From NCBI RefSeq assembly GCF_001194135.2, contig NC_068993.1:49557504-49621503 (forward strand): a stretch of 64,000 nt of DNA. Reading direction: 5' to 3'. Below are positions 50,149-64,000 of this stretch, one piece after another; positions within the stretch are counted from its first letter, which is position 1; each line of letters begins with the position of its first letter. The stretch is from Octopus bimaculoides. Taxonomy: Eukaryota. Below the pieces are notes generated by a model. That model ran no database searches. It was not told the DNA's origin and saw only the letters and a program-made list of their open reading frames with translations. The translations under genes and the position numbers were made by a program.

Positions 50149-52509
50149 ATACACACGGCACACACAAGACCCTCCTAATTTCTCATCAGACAGTTGCCTG
50201 GCTTCACTGGGTTTTTCTGAGCAAGGCTGGGATGATAAGCTAGATTATTTTACACTTAATTGCTATTGAACTTGGTTTTAAATCCCCCACCCCATCACCA
50301 TCTTGCACCCTTTTTTTTAACATAAGCTCTCTTTGGGTCCCTTTAATAGTTGTCATGATCTAATCACCAAGACCCACTCTGTTACCATTCTCCTTTATAG
50401 TCGGAAAGTTTTTTTTTCTTTCCTTCTCCTTTTGTCTCTTCTTCAGTGTTACATTCCACCCTTTCAATTAAATTAAGGTATTCAACACCCCTGTGTATTT
50501 GTCTTTGATTTTTAGATGAAAGGCTTTTTCTTTCCATACTTCAGCTTCTTTTTTTTTTTCCTCTTCCATACATATATGTTTGCTCACACATGTATGTGTA
50601 CACATGCACACACAAACACACATGTCCATGCTTACATACATTGTCCATTGAATTGCAAAATTCTTGGTAAATGTAAAACTGGAGCTAAATAGAGAAGAAA
50701 TTATCATTGAGTCAGTATCTCACGACATCACTGTCTTATGTCAAAGTGTCATGTGTGAACATGCATGCATACATACATGCATGTCTGTGTTTATATACAT
50801 GTGTGTGTGTGTGTGTGTGCATTTAAATATATATATACATATATGTATGTATTTATATAAGGTGAAGTGTGTGTGTTAGTATATAATTGTGTATCTCTGT
50901 ACATGTGTGTAGAAGCATGTCTATATGGTTAAGCAGAAATGCTTAGACAGTCACATATTGATACTCTTATATATATGTAGCTTTACAAACACTGTAAAAC
51001 TCATCTGTACACAACTCATGTTTACCCTTGTAATACTTTTTCACATGACCATAAATACCCTTACATAATTGTCTCCGCAGCTCATTTGTACTATTCTTGT
51101 ATGCTTTTTCACATGGTCACACAATTTCTAGCATGCTATTAATCATATGTTCTCACTGTTTCTACACAACTCTAATATACACAAACAAACAAACAAACAC
51201 ACCACACTTAGATATATACACTTATTGGAGTATGTATAGCTATTTGCATATATCATCATCATCATCAACACCACCACCTCTATCGTCAAACTTCTACTCT
51301 CCATGCAGACATACTTCAGCACATATGTACACTTGCATGTTTGTGCATAAATGCATGCATGTGTATATGTGCATTGTATTATGGCGCTGTATACTCATAT
51401 ACACTCACATATATTCTTGCATGTACAGATAAATGGTTTTGAATATACACATTTATTAGAGATAGTGTTCTTCATATACACTTCTACATATATATATGCA
51501 CTCATATTTGCATGCACGAACATGTACTTTTTAAATACCTATTTCATATACATCAATTCCATACATACTTTCATTTGTATGCAGTGACTCGCATATATAT
51601 CTAGTTATGTACATTTATTTATTTATAATTTAGGCTACTGGAACCTAATTATTTGTCTTTGTGTATATGTGTGCATGTGTGCTGCGCTGTGTGCATGCAC
51701 ATGCAATATTTTTATTTTAACGTTAGTATTCGGTATTAGAATCAGTTATCACGAGATGAATAACTTAGAAACCAAATCTTAATTTGATAATGAAACAAAA
51801 ACATATATAAGAAATACTAGAACCATTACAAAATCCAACAATACACAATTGTCTTTGTTTTAATATTTCTAGTGTGTAGTCTTTTTAGATTTTAGTTGTG
51901 AGTGCATTTTGATTTAGTACTTCTTAACAAATGGAAAGAATTTTTTTTTTTCTAATATATTACAGAAACATTAAATGGATGTAGGCTAATTCTAGGCAAG
52001 AATCTTGAGAAAATGTAGAATTTTCCATTCAACATCACAGAATATGTCAAACATTTGATATTTCCAGTTTTGAACAAAAACAAAATATAAAAAAACACAG
52101 AACAAAACAAAGAACAACAACTTTAAATGGTTGTATTAAAATGTCAGATACCAGTGCCACCTTGAATCCTTTAGAAATTTGATGGCACAATGCCTCCAAG
52201 ATCTTTATTTACAGTATCTGGTGTTTGGTGCTTTATTTTTGCGATTAAAAACATCAATCTCTAAGTGCGTGCACTTAATTCCAACTCGTAGAAGCTACCA
52301 AAATCCTAGCTGCATACAAACAGTTCTTAGTAGTCTGCATGTTCACTCTCTATCTCCTATATCAATGCTTTCTGTATTTCTGGTTAATACTGTTTGTTGG
52401 AAATGTAATTTAAGATCTTCAGATTAAAGAAAGAATTTAGCGTAATATATTTTTGAACTTTTCTACTTATTGCTTAATATATGTGTTTCCATAGCACAAT
52501 ATTTTTCCT

Positions 52510-52545
<36 letters not shown>

Positions 52546-52554
52546 TCTCTCTCT

Positions 52555-52613
<59 letters not shown>

Positions 52614-53496
52614 TTTATCCTTTGCTCTTGCTGTCTCTATCTCTCTTGCTATGTAAACTTTTATGTGATAAATAGGTTAAGTACTTACTCCAAGATTATA
52701 TTGTAGGTAAACTTGTAGAGAAATGCAAATGTTAAAGAATTACACTCTGCAGTTAGTTGTTTCTTGTTCCAAACACAGTGTTTTAATCTTCATTCCAATT
52801 TTTTCCTGCTTCTCCTAATGTGATATGTTATAATGAAATGGTTTACATTTAGATTTTAGTAAAAGATTACAGAAATTCTCTGATGCAACATACTTTTCGT
52901 GATTGAAACAAAATTTGGCACTTGTATTTAGCTCTTACATAGCATCAGAGTGGTATGGGGGAAAAAATTATATAGTCCCTGGTTTTTCTGTCTTGAACTT
53001 TTGTAAACTTGCTATAAAGATTCTATCTATCTGTCTGTATATTGATGCACAAACATTAGAAAGAGTTCTTAATTCATGTAGTGGAGTGTATCTATATACT
53101 TAAAGGTGATGATTCACACTGTCATTACTCTGAGTTTCCTGTTATGTGCACTTGTTCAAATGAACACTCAGGTTTGAATGAATGTGTGTGTTTGTGTGAG
53201 TGGGAGTTATAATTAAAGTTATTTAGTTTCTGTGCAGACTTCTATTTTATTTTTAATGTATGTGCACAAGTGAACTGATGTCATTTCAACTATGAAATAG
53301 CAAGATGGCAACAACAGATCTCCACAAATCCTGACTGTTGCCATAGCAAAAGCAATGTCATTTCATTTCAATTTTAGGATTGCGTGGTGTCTTAAATTTT
53401 CGTTCATTTTCCATTTTTAAAATGATTTTAAAAAATCTTTTTGTTGCTAATCTGTTATATTCAGTATTCCCATTCAGCTCTATGTGCGTGTGTGTG

Positions 53497-53547
<51 letters not shown>

Positions 53548-53839
53548 AATTGCTTCCAAGTTTCCAGCAATTTATTGTATTTACATATCTTGTTTCATAT
53601 ATACATATATTCCTATCATATTTCTCTGTTCGTATTTACAATTTATAGCTTCAAGTTTCCAATCAGTTTCTATACATATAAGTATTTTCAGCTTCTAAGT
53701 TGCAAAGCCATTATTTACAATATTTGTTTTCTCTATTTCTTACATATTAACCTATCATTTTAGTTTGTTCTGAAAATGGAGCAGGTGGGTAAAATAACAG
53801 ATCTTTCATTGTTTCATATATATATATACTGCCATAAGT

Positions 53840-54770
53840 TGAAGAGATTTAGGAAAAAGTCAGATTAAATTATTTCAGGGAATATGGCTTAGTATAGATA
53901 CTAATCTTATCTCTGTTGATTATCTAGAACAAACCTGAGACTAGATAACAGTAGTTTCAGATAATACCTCAAACTAAATGAGAAATTAGTATACATGTAC
54001 AAGCAATCACATCATTTGCTTAGCATTTTGAGAAACTTAGTCAATGGTGTAAGTAAATCTGCATTTTCAATATCTTCCAATGAAGATACTTATATGAGGG
54101 CAACTGAGTATTATAATGAAGTGCTCAGAAATAGTGGTTTCAATGATAAGCTATATAGAAGCACTGAGAGCGAAAAGCATAGGAACTGGTAAAAGAATAT
54201 TTTATGTTACAACCCTGTATTTAATCTAGCAGTAAGAACTAATATAGCTACGGGGCTCCTTCATTTGATAGATTACTATTTCTTAATGAGACATAGATAT
54301 TGTATGATAGTAGAAAAGACTGTTATGGTTAGTTATGCAAGTTGTAAGAATTTTGATTGTTATATCAGGAATTATAATGCTGCATAGCTAAACGAATCAG
54401 AAAGGCAAGTATCTAACCAACACCAATCATGCAACTGTAGAATTCATGAAATTCATGGAAATTCTTTAGCAAAATCAGTAGCATATAGTTCTAAAGTCAA
54501 AACCAAGTATGTATTGGGGCAGTTGAACTGTCATTACAAAATCAATATTCTAAGCATAACCACTCATTTGTCAGCTAAAAAAAAAATAATAATAAATGGT
54601 ATGGTTTTTATCAAAATTTATCACAAATTCAAAATGATTTGGTCAGTTGTAGATCTTCAAACCAGATATGTGGTGTGATCTTTGTTTGAAAGAGAAAAAC
54701 AGAATGGTTTGAACAAAAGAACTGATTTTGTTAGTACCTTATGTTCATGAAGCTAAACATCTTTTGTGCA
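53840..54770 (+). mobile_element. Decayed Penelope-like element: RT C-terminus, Cys-rich linker and GIY-YIG endonuclease
   Basis: Translations with stops and frameshifts: NLISVDYLEQT (V.FLDVT), VYMYKQSHH (YI...SNHP), SISSNEDTY..ATEYYNEVLRNSGF, NILCYNP...VRTNIA..LL.LIDYYF, TVMVSYASC, CNCR, CIGAVELSLQNQYSKHNHSF (YIG.TE..FK.RY..H..SF), CDLCLKEK, LNKRTDF. Confidence 0.85.
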
Positions 54771-55400
54771 CCTCCTTGATTTTTGACCTGGTTCAGCAAA
54801 AAAAGCATTTGTTTTGAAGTTGCAATTCTCTTCAGATGTTTTTAAGAAAGTTGTTTAAATAACAATGGAATTGCATAAGCGAAGAATAATTTCAGTGCAA
54901 CATCCTTTGTATGCGGTTGGACTCTGCATGCGATGACAAATGAAAAGTGTGAAGATATTTAGATTATTTATTTTTATATCACCATCTTACCCAGGAAGAA
55001 TATGGAAAGCATGATCTTGAAGTATATGTTTTTATAAATTTTACTTGCATGATTTTTTTGAAAGAATATTGATGTTTCTAGATAGCATTCATATAATATT
55101 TTGACATATATTCAAACATCTGATGATTTAGGAGGCAGCAAGCTCAGATTGTCTGTTGAAAAAGCAACAACACAAATCTCAGAGAGTTGGCTTTTTAGAG
55201 CCATTCAGTTCAAATTTATTAAAGAAAAATACTCTGCCTTTACATCTTGAGTTATGTAATTTATTGCTTCTTAGTGAATTCATTCAAAATGATATATACA
55301 TGTATAAATATATATGTATGTGTGTGTTACAGTTTACAGTAAGATATCAGTTCAGTTATTTCTGAAACGGAAGATTTACATACAGGTTTTTCATTATTTC

Positions 55401-55431
<31 letters not shown>

Positions 55432-56909
55432 CTACAGCTTTCAATTTTCAAAGTGTAACTTTCTACTTTCTATCTCATACATTACAATTCTTCACACTAA
55501 CAAATTTCAATTTTAAGAGGTTCATTTGAAGCTTTCAGTTTAATATATTTCATTTTCTATTCGTATGCGTTACACAAAATGTTGTTTTATATTCATACTT
55601 TTGCCTTTTGAGCTTTGTTTCATATATATATATATGTGTATATCTGTGTGTGTATGTTTTATTAATTATCTGCTATCTACTTATTCAAGTCTTTCAATTT
55701 CTTTATGAACAACTATTAATATAATGCCCATTTTATAAATTTCATTTTCAGCTTTCAATTTGATACACACCAATTCTTAACGCTGGCATGCTGTTTTCCT
55801 TCAGTTTCCCCCTATCTGTTTCATACATGTTTTTGAATACATTTACAAATACAAAAGTGTTACAGTGTGACATTACAAACATTATCCACCACTGAAAATG
55901 CATATCATATGAATGAAGGGAGACTTACCCTTCACAGCTTACAAATTCAGAAGCAAATATTGGCAAACCTGTTTAGCACAAGAATAATGGCTGCTGTAAA
56001 TTTATATGGAGCTACAGATTGGAGATCACAAATACAAGAATAGCTTGACAAAGAAGAGCTATTGCAGGGAAATGGCAGGTAATTATGATAAGGGAAGACA
56101 GAGCCATAGTGGTTGTTTTAGATAGGATAAGACAAGCAACTCAGTTTCAAAGCATAACATGAAGAATGAATTTGGAGTGGGCGGGCAGTGAAAATACTAA
56201 CAAAGTATATATGGAAGTTTGATATTAAATGTTCCCCTTATAATGCAGCTTTAGTTTTTACTTCCTGCAGGTATTAAGAATGTTGATTTGAATACCACTG
56301 ATGTTCAAATATCCATCAAATTCGTTGTTGGTTCTTTCATTGATTAGTTTCTAATTTAATTTGCTCTAAAAATGAGAACTCAAAAGTATGTTTGCAATAC
56401 CTTATATCATTGAGAGCAAAAGGTGCAAATATTTATCACAGGGAACAGAAATGACATGGGAGGATCTTAGAGGATAATGAATTTGCAGCTCTATTTCAGA
56501 ATGATAGCAAAAAATACTTGAATACTGTTTTTAGTATACAAGAGCTTTCAATGCATATTCTTGAAAATAAACATGCTTCTAGATTTAGTATCTGAAGATG
56601 CAGATTGATCACTGCAGAAGTTATTTATACTAGATACAAACCTGGAAACACTAGAACCAGAATGACCGTAATAGTGTCCTATCAGAGAGGCTGCAATTCG
56701 GACAGGTTCTACAGTGTGTGTTATGCTACATGGAGAAGACAGCTTCAATATGGTATCATCTGTGAGTAGCTTATGAGCGAATAGAGTAATACTTAAGTCT
56801 TCACAGCAGCAACAATATGCATTATAAACACACTGCATACCATACACAATGACATTGCCAAGTAAACTATCTTTAAGTACTATATTTGCACTAACATATG
56901 CCAATATTT

Positions 56910-56950
<41 letters not shown>

Positions 56951-56952
<2 letters not shown>

Positions 56953-57165
56953 CTGGCAAGCTACCAGAGTCATTAGCATGCTGGGCAAAATGCTTAGCGG
57001 CATTTTGTCCAGTTTTATGTTCCGAGATCAAACATCTGCCAAGGTCTACTCTGCCTTTCATCCTTTTGGGGTCAATAAAATAAGTAACATTTGAGAACTT
57101 GGATCGATGTAATCAACTCACCCCTCCCTCAAATTTGCTGGCCTTGTGCCAAAATTTGAAACCAA
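56951..57165 (+). mobile_element. SINE family C, near full length
   Basis: gctggcaagctaccagagtcattagcatgctgggcaaaatgcttagcggc...ccttgtgccaaaatttgaaacca. At least six related copies occur in the window. Confidence 0.9.
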
Positions 57166-58083
57166 CATTTATACATATATATTTGTGTGTGTGTTTGCGT
57201 GATATACATTTTGCTTTCGAATTTGTTTTGCAGGAATTTTGATTTGAAAATGTGTGTTGTAACTGATATCATAATATTTTGGGAGAGTCATACTGTTATA
57301 CAGAGTGTAAGCACACTCAACATTTAAATTCTCATTGAAATGATGACAGGAAAAATGTGATGAAAAATTTCTAGGAATATAACCAAGAACACAAGTAAAC
57401 CACATCTGGTGAGTGTGTTTATGGCTCTCCCAAAATAGAGTTACATACATGCACAAACCTTCACACACATATACCCAAAATGGCTTCCACACAGTTTCTG
57501 CCTTCCAAAATCACCTCACATGATACTGTTGAACTTGAGGCTATAATGTAGAAGACACTTATGCAAGGTGCAGTGTGGTGGAAGAACACTTAGAAACTCT
57601 TTCTCTTCTTAACGAAGATAGTGGTGTAGTCATAAACACATACGCATGTTGATAAAGAAACAACCGCTTATACTCAGAAGTAAATGAAACAAATGGTATT
57701 CTATAAAGAACACTACAAAATTCTTTCTTGTTCCAACCTCAATTTCGTTTAATAATTCTCCTAATCTGCTAGTGGCAAACACCATGGTGTAGTGGAAGGT
57801 AAAAACACACAAAGATTTGAACTCATGACTGTCATTAAGCATCTTTACTAATGCTGCTTGTGTTTTGTAAGTGGAGTTTTAAAAAAAAAATATATAAAAC
57901 AGAAAAACATTCATGCCACAATACCTCTTTTCCTTTCCTCCTATATATATACATATATGTATATATATATATATATATATGNNNNNNNNNNNNNNNNNNN
58001 NNNNNNNNNNNNNNNNNNNNNNNNNNNNNNNNNNNNNNNNNNNNNNNNNNNNNNNNNNNNNNNNNNNNNNNNNNNNNNNNNNN

Positions 58084-58119
<36 letters not shown>

Positions 58120-59167
58120 TAGACTTGTATCAGCATCCTAGATTTAAAAATTAATGTAAACTACATCTGTAAAAGCTTACGTGTGCTCTAATTTCTGGCA
58201 TGTATTTTATCCAATGTATCATGTCTTCCTTAACAATACTATTTAGAATTCCTTGAAACTTTTAAAATCCTGTTTTGCAACATAAAAGACAAGTAAAGTT
58301 AGTGAATACCAATTAGACTTTAGAGCAAAATGAACCAAGAAAAACCTACTTTTTTTATATATATATATATTTATTTTTAAATAATACATCATAATGTTCT
58401 CTTACATCCTCAGCTACATTTTGGAAAGCATTTCAATTTTACTTACTTTTTATTATTCTATGAGTGAAAAATTTTTCAATACAATGTTCTGAAACTTTAT
58501 CAGTGATCCAACTGTGATGCAAGTCTTTAACTACCATGATTTTCTTTCTGCCATGCAGTATGAACGATAGAGCTTAATTGCTGAATCCAACCTTGTATGG
58601 GATTTTGTTTAATTCTGTAGTGCCATTATATTCTAGCAATTAGAATCTATTATTCCATACACTAGCCTCGGCAACAACAGTTAAAAATCTTTCTTTTCTG
58701 CTACCATGGCAACAATCATGGTTTTGCTTGTTGTGTAAGCAGCTTGATTTACTACCATTAGCAGAGTTAGTTTCCACACACTACCAACACCACTACTTCA
58801 TTAATCACGCACGAATTTGAGTAGTCATACCGTGTGTGTGTCGTTAAACAACTGATTAGTCATTAAAGTTCCCTACTGAACTATAGTTTTGCTGGGAGGT
58901 GTCAGTAGAAGCTTCAAAGTAAGTTGATGAACATCACTGTTGTGAAACTGAGTTCAATCTCAGTCTCCAGGTGAGATCAAAATTATATTTTCTGTTTCAT
59001 ATTAATTAAATTGCTTCGGTAAAACTGAATCAATTTTAAGACACCTGACTGGTTTGATGTTTTAGAACCTACAGTGGTTCCAATGTTATCACGTAAGACA
59101 TTCCATCACATCTCACAGAGTGAAGGTCTTTAGTAATTGAACAATAGTAGTAGTAGTAGTAGTAGTA

Positions 59168-59330
59168 ATTTCTACCTTTGGCACAAGGCCACAAATTTGT
59201 AAGGAAAGGCGCTGGTTCAATTGATTTCCCAGAATATCAATTGAAAGGATGAAAGGAAAAAACTCAACCTTGTTTGAACTTGAACTCAAAATTTAGAGGG
59301 ACATAACTAAATATGACGAGATATTTAAAT
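59168..59330 (-). mobile_element. Degenerate family C SINE
   Basis: tttggcacaaggccacaaattt, gaaaggatgaaagg and tttgaactcaaaatt match family C. Confidence 0.65.
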
Positions 59331-59483
59331 GCAACACTATTGTTTCTGTGAATCAAATTCTCAAGGATAATAAAACTAATCTTAATGATTTCTTCTTACA
59401 TTACAAATATTTTGGGGAATCAGTGTTGTTGACTGAAGCAATCTTAAAATATCTTTAGTACTTAATTAATTATACCAAGATAG

Positions 59484-59881
59484 CAGGGATGTGCCGCATG
59501 GGTAGGTAAGGGCCTACCCTGAATGAAATAGATCGATAGTAACATTTTCCTTTTATGGCAAAATATGCACGTAATTCAATAAACTTATGAAGGTTACTCT
59601 GATTATTAATGCATAAAATGCAAAATATTTTACATTTTTGTAGATTAGGTAGGTATGATTCGCCCCTGCCTTTCAATCTCAGTATTAAAACTATGCATAG
59701 AATTGCTGTAGTACACGTGCTGCGTGCATTCCTACAACGTTTTCTTTATGTGCTATAAAGGCAGAAGTAAATCTGCCTCCAACTCCGTCATGCGTCTGTG
59801 CTTCACTTACTTTTTTATGTGTTTTACTACATAAACGTCACCAACTGCCTACCCTGAGTAATTACTGACGGCACGTACCTG
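59484..59881. mobile_element. hAT-type MITE, 398 bp, with TIRs and a perfect 8-bp TSD
   Basis: Left CAGGGATGTGCCG versus right reverse complement CAGGTACGTGCCG (11/13). TSD CAAGATAG at 59476-59483 and 59882-59889. Subterminal GGGTAGG/CCTACCC motifs at both ends. Confidence 0.9.
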
Positions 59882-61276
59882 CAAGATAGATACCCCAACA
59901 TGAGTGAACTTCATATTCAATTTATTTATATTTATATTTCAGTTATCGGAAGACAGGTAGTGACCATATGTATGGTTGTGAGACTCATGATAGTGGAAGT
60001 AAACCCCATTTCATAGTTTATTGTCAGACCAAAATACATCCAAATATGCAACCATACTTAGGTCAGAAATCTAATCCAAAAGCTAGCAACAGAGTGGACA
60101 CTACTGAATGCACCCATAAACCATGTGGTGGTGTTTAAACCTGGTATTGAATTAAATGCAAGGATGTGGGAACACCAAGCTTAGTCCTGAAATATGTTTT
60201 GAATGATGATGATGATGATGATAAGAGTGATGATTTCCTACATGAGAACTATTGTAGGTATTTGTACAATATGTGCATCATTGGTTGAAATGGCCCAATT
60301 TAAGCTAAAGGTAATTACATTATCAAATGCACAGGAAGAGAAGACAGTGTTAACCCTAGCAGAAGGCCAATATTGTTCCACTGTTAAACTAATTGCCTAT
60401 AACCTGTCAATAATGATAACAAAATAGAAGGAAAAACGAACCCTACTAAAATAACTGTTATCAAAGCTTTCATGACTTCATCCAAATCCTACACTGGGAA
60501 TTAATTTGCCCTTGGTAACCTAGATTTTACTACTTCAACAAATGATTTGGTCTTTCTGGTTTTATGATATAATCATCTTTTCATTTCTTGAACACTATTT
60601 TGTATGCTGATGGTGTTTTTCTACCCATTTTCAATTTAGCATCAACTCAAGGACTCTATAATATTTGTTGTCTTCTCTTTGATAGCATACACTTCTTCTC
60701 CATTGTCAGCCCTTTTAGACGGCTGGCATCAGAATGTGTTTGCTGGAATCACTATTGAATATATGTGTCTATATATCTATATTTGCAAACACTCACATAT
60801 ATATATCCCCCCCACACACATCCACACACAAAGCAGTCACTCACTTTCTTTTTTTCTCATTCCCTAGCATCGTAGCTCTTTACTCTCATTCTTAAGCTGT
60901 TCTAGTAGACTTACACTTGGTAACTAATAAAACGACACATATTTACATACCAATAACAACTGCACTAATATTGGCATTCAACGACAGAGCTGTAAGTGAT
61001 AGTAGCGATTTTGTTCGACAGAGAACTAGTTCTTTGACATTGACTGTGGAGTCAGTTCTGTTTAATATTCCACCATATTTTCAATCATGATTTATGGATT
61101 GATAATAACGGTTATCTCTGTTGGTTATCTTCATTTTATTTTCATTTAATTGCTTTTGTATGTGGTTAACAGAAGCTGCATATTGACAACAGACACTCAA
61201 CCCTCTTCAGCTGACTTTCGACTGTGACGCTGTATAGTTAATTGATTGTTTGGTGGTTACATAGATATATCCTTAG

Positions 61277-61317
<41 letters not shown>

Positions 61318-61504
61318 AATATAGATGCCTGTATACATATGCATCTATGCCTGATCATATCGAAATATATGCATGTGCACACACACACATGTACCATATA
61401 CTCAGATATTATTGCATTTAACATTACATTATAATGCTGAGACTGTAGTCATATTTATCTATTCGCACATACATAAGCATATGCAATTCAGAGTATATAT
61501 GAAT

Positions 61505-61574
61505 GAAAGCATATATTATGTGTGTGTGTATATATGTATATATATATATATATGTGTGTGTGTGTATATATATA

Positions 61575-61649
<75 letters not shown>

Positions 61650-61680
61650 GTATATACACATATCTACACACATATATATA
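61505..61680. repeat. Compound (TA)n/(TG)n low-complexity tract
   Basis: Direct reading. It explains several YIYI/CVCV ORFs. Confidence 0.97.
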
Positions 61681-64000
61681 TTGCCCTGATTTTTAGTATT
61701 TTATCTTAGCAACAGAGAATATCGTGTTGCTTTGCTTGGTTTATTTTGTGGTAATTTTATCATGGACAGGGGTGAGGTTGGGAACTATTTTATAGATGTG
61801 TTTAAAGGAGTTGTCAGCACAGTTTATTGGCTAAAGCACGAAAACTCATTGCTTAAGTTAAGGTGGGTGCTTGATGTCAAGATAACTGAGTTTGAGAATT
61901 CATTTAGCTGGTGTTTGAACTTATTTTGGCAGTACTGTGCAATGTTCAAATCTTCAAAAGTTTCTGTTTTGTTTTGTGTTGTTTTAAATTTTCATTTAGG
62001 TATTTCACTTTATTTTTGTATATATTTTATTCATGTGGTAATATAAACATGTCCCTTTCTCTTAGTACGTTTTCATAACACATGCCACAATGAAGTAGAT
62101 TATTTAAAATCTAAAGCACTTTCTGTGGCTGTACAATTCCAAGAGTTTAAACAGTGAGCTATGAATGTAAAACATTGCCTCAAACTGATGCCTAATAGGT
62201 TGTCATTCAATATTACATTGGTTATAAATTGTCTATAGATGCCACTTATCTTTGGTGTATGGCATTATGTGACATTTCTTCCATGACCTTAATATTCTAC
62301 AGTTTAAATTGAAATTTCTAATGAAAATTTAGAGATTAGTTTAATTTAAAAGTATAAGTATTTTAATATCTAAATTGAAAATTGCTGGACTTCAGCTTCA
62401 AATTTCTATTTTGGTAGAGCTTTGACTATTTTACATCACTGCTCCCTTTTTAAATCAACAATATTCTAGTGGCCTAGTCTTAAGACTTCACTAAGTATAA
62501 TATTGTTCCTGATGAGATGTGAATCCCATCACTAATTTGGTTGTTGGGACATTGCTAATCCTGCTGTGTATCCAAGACTACCTGACCAAGCCCATTGCTT
62601 TCCAGGCTATAGCAATAGAAGGAGATGCACTCAGTATCACAAGTTAACAATATTAGTTATATTACACTCTTCATTATTGTTTAAGTTGTATTAACATGTG
62701 GCATTCTTTTACTGTATCAATGAGAATTGTCTTTCTCATGGACATAATATATCTTCAGTGATACAATACATATCATCAAATCAATGGCTGGTAGTTTGCC
62801 ATTATACCAAATTGACAAATATGAATTTATTATATTACTTCTGTTAGACAAACAGATAGAATTTTCTTGTTTTATAATAAGCAATATGCCTTTACATTTA
62901 TTCTCTAGACTGTTTATGTTCTCATTCAATGATGGGATTCTCATAATGCAGCAGTATATTCTACTAATATAGTCTGAAAAATCTGTTTTCATACCACATT
63001 GAAATGCTTCACTGCAGTTCTGTCACTAATACTCTTTAAAAAAACGAAAAGCAAAACAAGAAAACATAAATGTCTTAACATATCATATCCGTTTTCTTAA
63101 AAATCTTGAATTTCATGACTATCTATAAAAAAACAAAAGCAAAAACAAAATCATCAGTCTTTCACATACATCTACATAACTGTGTATGGAAGCTGTATAT
63201 TGTAATAACTGCAGGTATATCATATTTTAAATTAACAAAGTTTAGTGTTATACATAGCTTTAGTTTACAGAGTTATTTCAGAGAGAAATAGAAATAACGG
63301 CGTGTAATGGCTGTGAGGTTAAGATACTTAACTACTGATCATAAGATCATGTGTTCAAACTTTACAATGACTAATCCATTTTGTCTTCAGGTTAGGAGCA
63401 TAATAATGCTTGCTTCTGTTAGCTTGGTTGACAAAGTTCCGTTTCCATTTCACACTGCATGAATGGGTTACTGTTAGATATGATGCTATGCTGCAATACC
63501 AACTGTTCTAGCAAATACCATCCTACCCATACCAGACTGGAAAATGGAATTAAAATAACAATATTTACATGTGTGTGTGTGTTTGATGATGATGATGATG
63601 GCATTCTTTGTGTCAGAATATCACGAACAAGAGTGGCAAGCCTTCAGATGGCCATGTAAACTGATACTTGAATGTCAGTCTCTAGTGCTCTTGTGGCAAA
63701 TCTGTAGACTTTGGTCTGATTGGGATTGTGAACAATGATTCTTTCTTTCCTTTGACATTTCTCAATATATGGAATAACATGATCCTTAAACAGAATTTAC
63801 ATGACATGGTGGGGCAGACTGGCCATTTGAGTTGCCAGAGCAAGGCCCAGTCCATTTATATGGGCCATCACTGTTTCCCCTCTACTCAAGTGTACTCACG
63901 AAGTTTGGATCAGCTCCTGGCTATGTTAAAGAGGGTAAACTAAAAATGTCACTTGATTGAATTGCAGTTCAGATCCCATAATTGTGATGGCAATATCTTA

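Noticed and set aside
60896-61090. Cadherin-like ...RTSSLTLTVESVLFNIPPYF
   Set aside because: It lacks the DxNDN and AxDxG calcium-binding motifs, and the frame is only ~64 codons, whereas protocadherin exons are kilobases long.
62505-62545. Hammerhead-like CTGATGA-GATG...CATC
   Set aside because: A stem II forms, but the required GAAA is replaced by ACTAA.

Overview
AT-rich, microsatellite-dense eukaryotic draft-assembly DNA with six N-gaps. The SINE families resemble those of Octopus/coleoid cephalopods (inferred from sequence recognition, not a database search). I found no protein-coding gene I can name, and no rRNA, tRNA gene or CRISPR array; nearly all supplied ORFs are translations of microsatellites or gaps. 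The window is mostly intronic/intergenic and holds more than 20 SINE copies from about five modular families, one of them full length with a 13-bp TSD. It also holds decayed retroelement coding remnants: an R4/Dong-type RT, an RTE-type RT and a Penelope-like RT plus GIY-YIG. DNA elements include a hAT-type MITE with TIRs and a perfect 8-bp TSD, a TTAA-type MITE and a nested MITE. The most unusual object is a ~1.43-kb element with Helitron termini that contains a 158-bp perfect inverted repeat enclosing degenerate TTAGGG repeats. A CpG-rich promoter-like island at ~36.7-37.2 kb carries TCT-initiator, NRF1-like, YY1, CCAAT and CRE-like motifs, suggesting a minus-strand TSS near 37082. A textbook poly-Y-AG|GTAAGT junction at 2229/2230 is a candidate recursive splice site.
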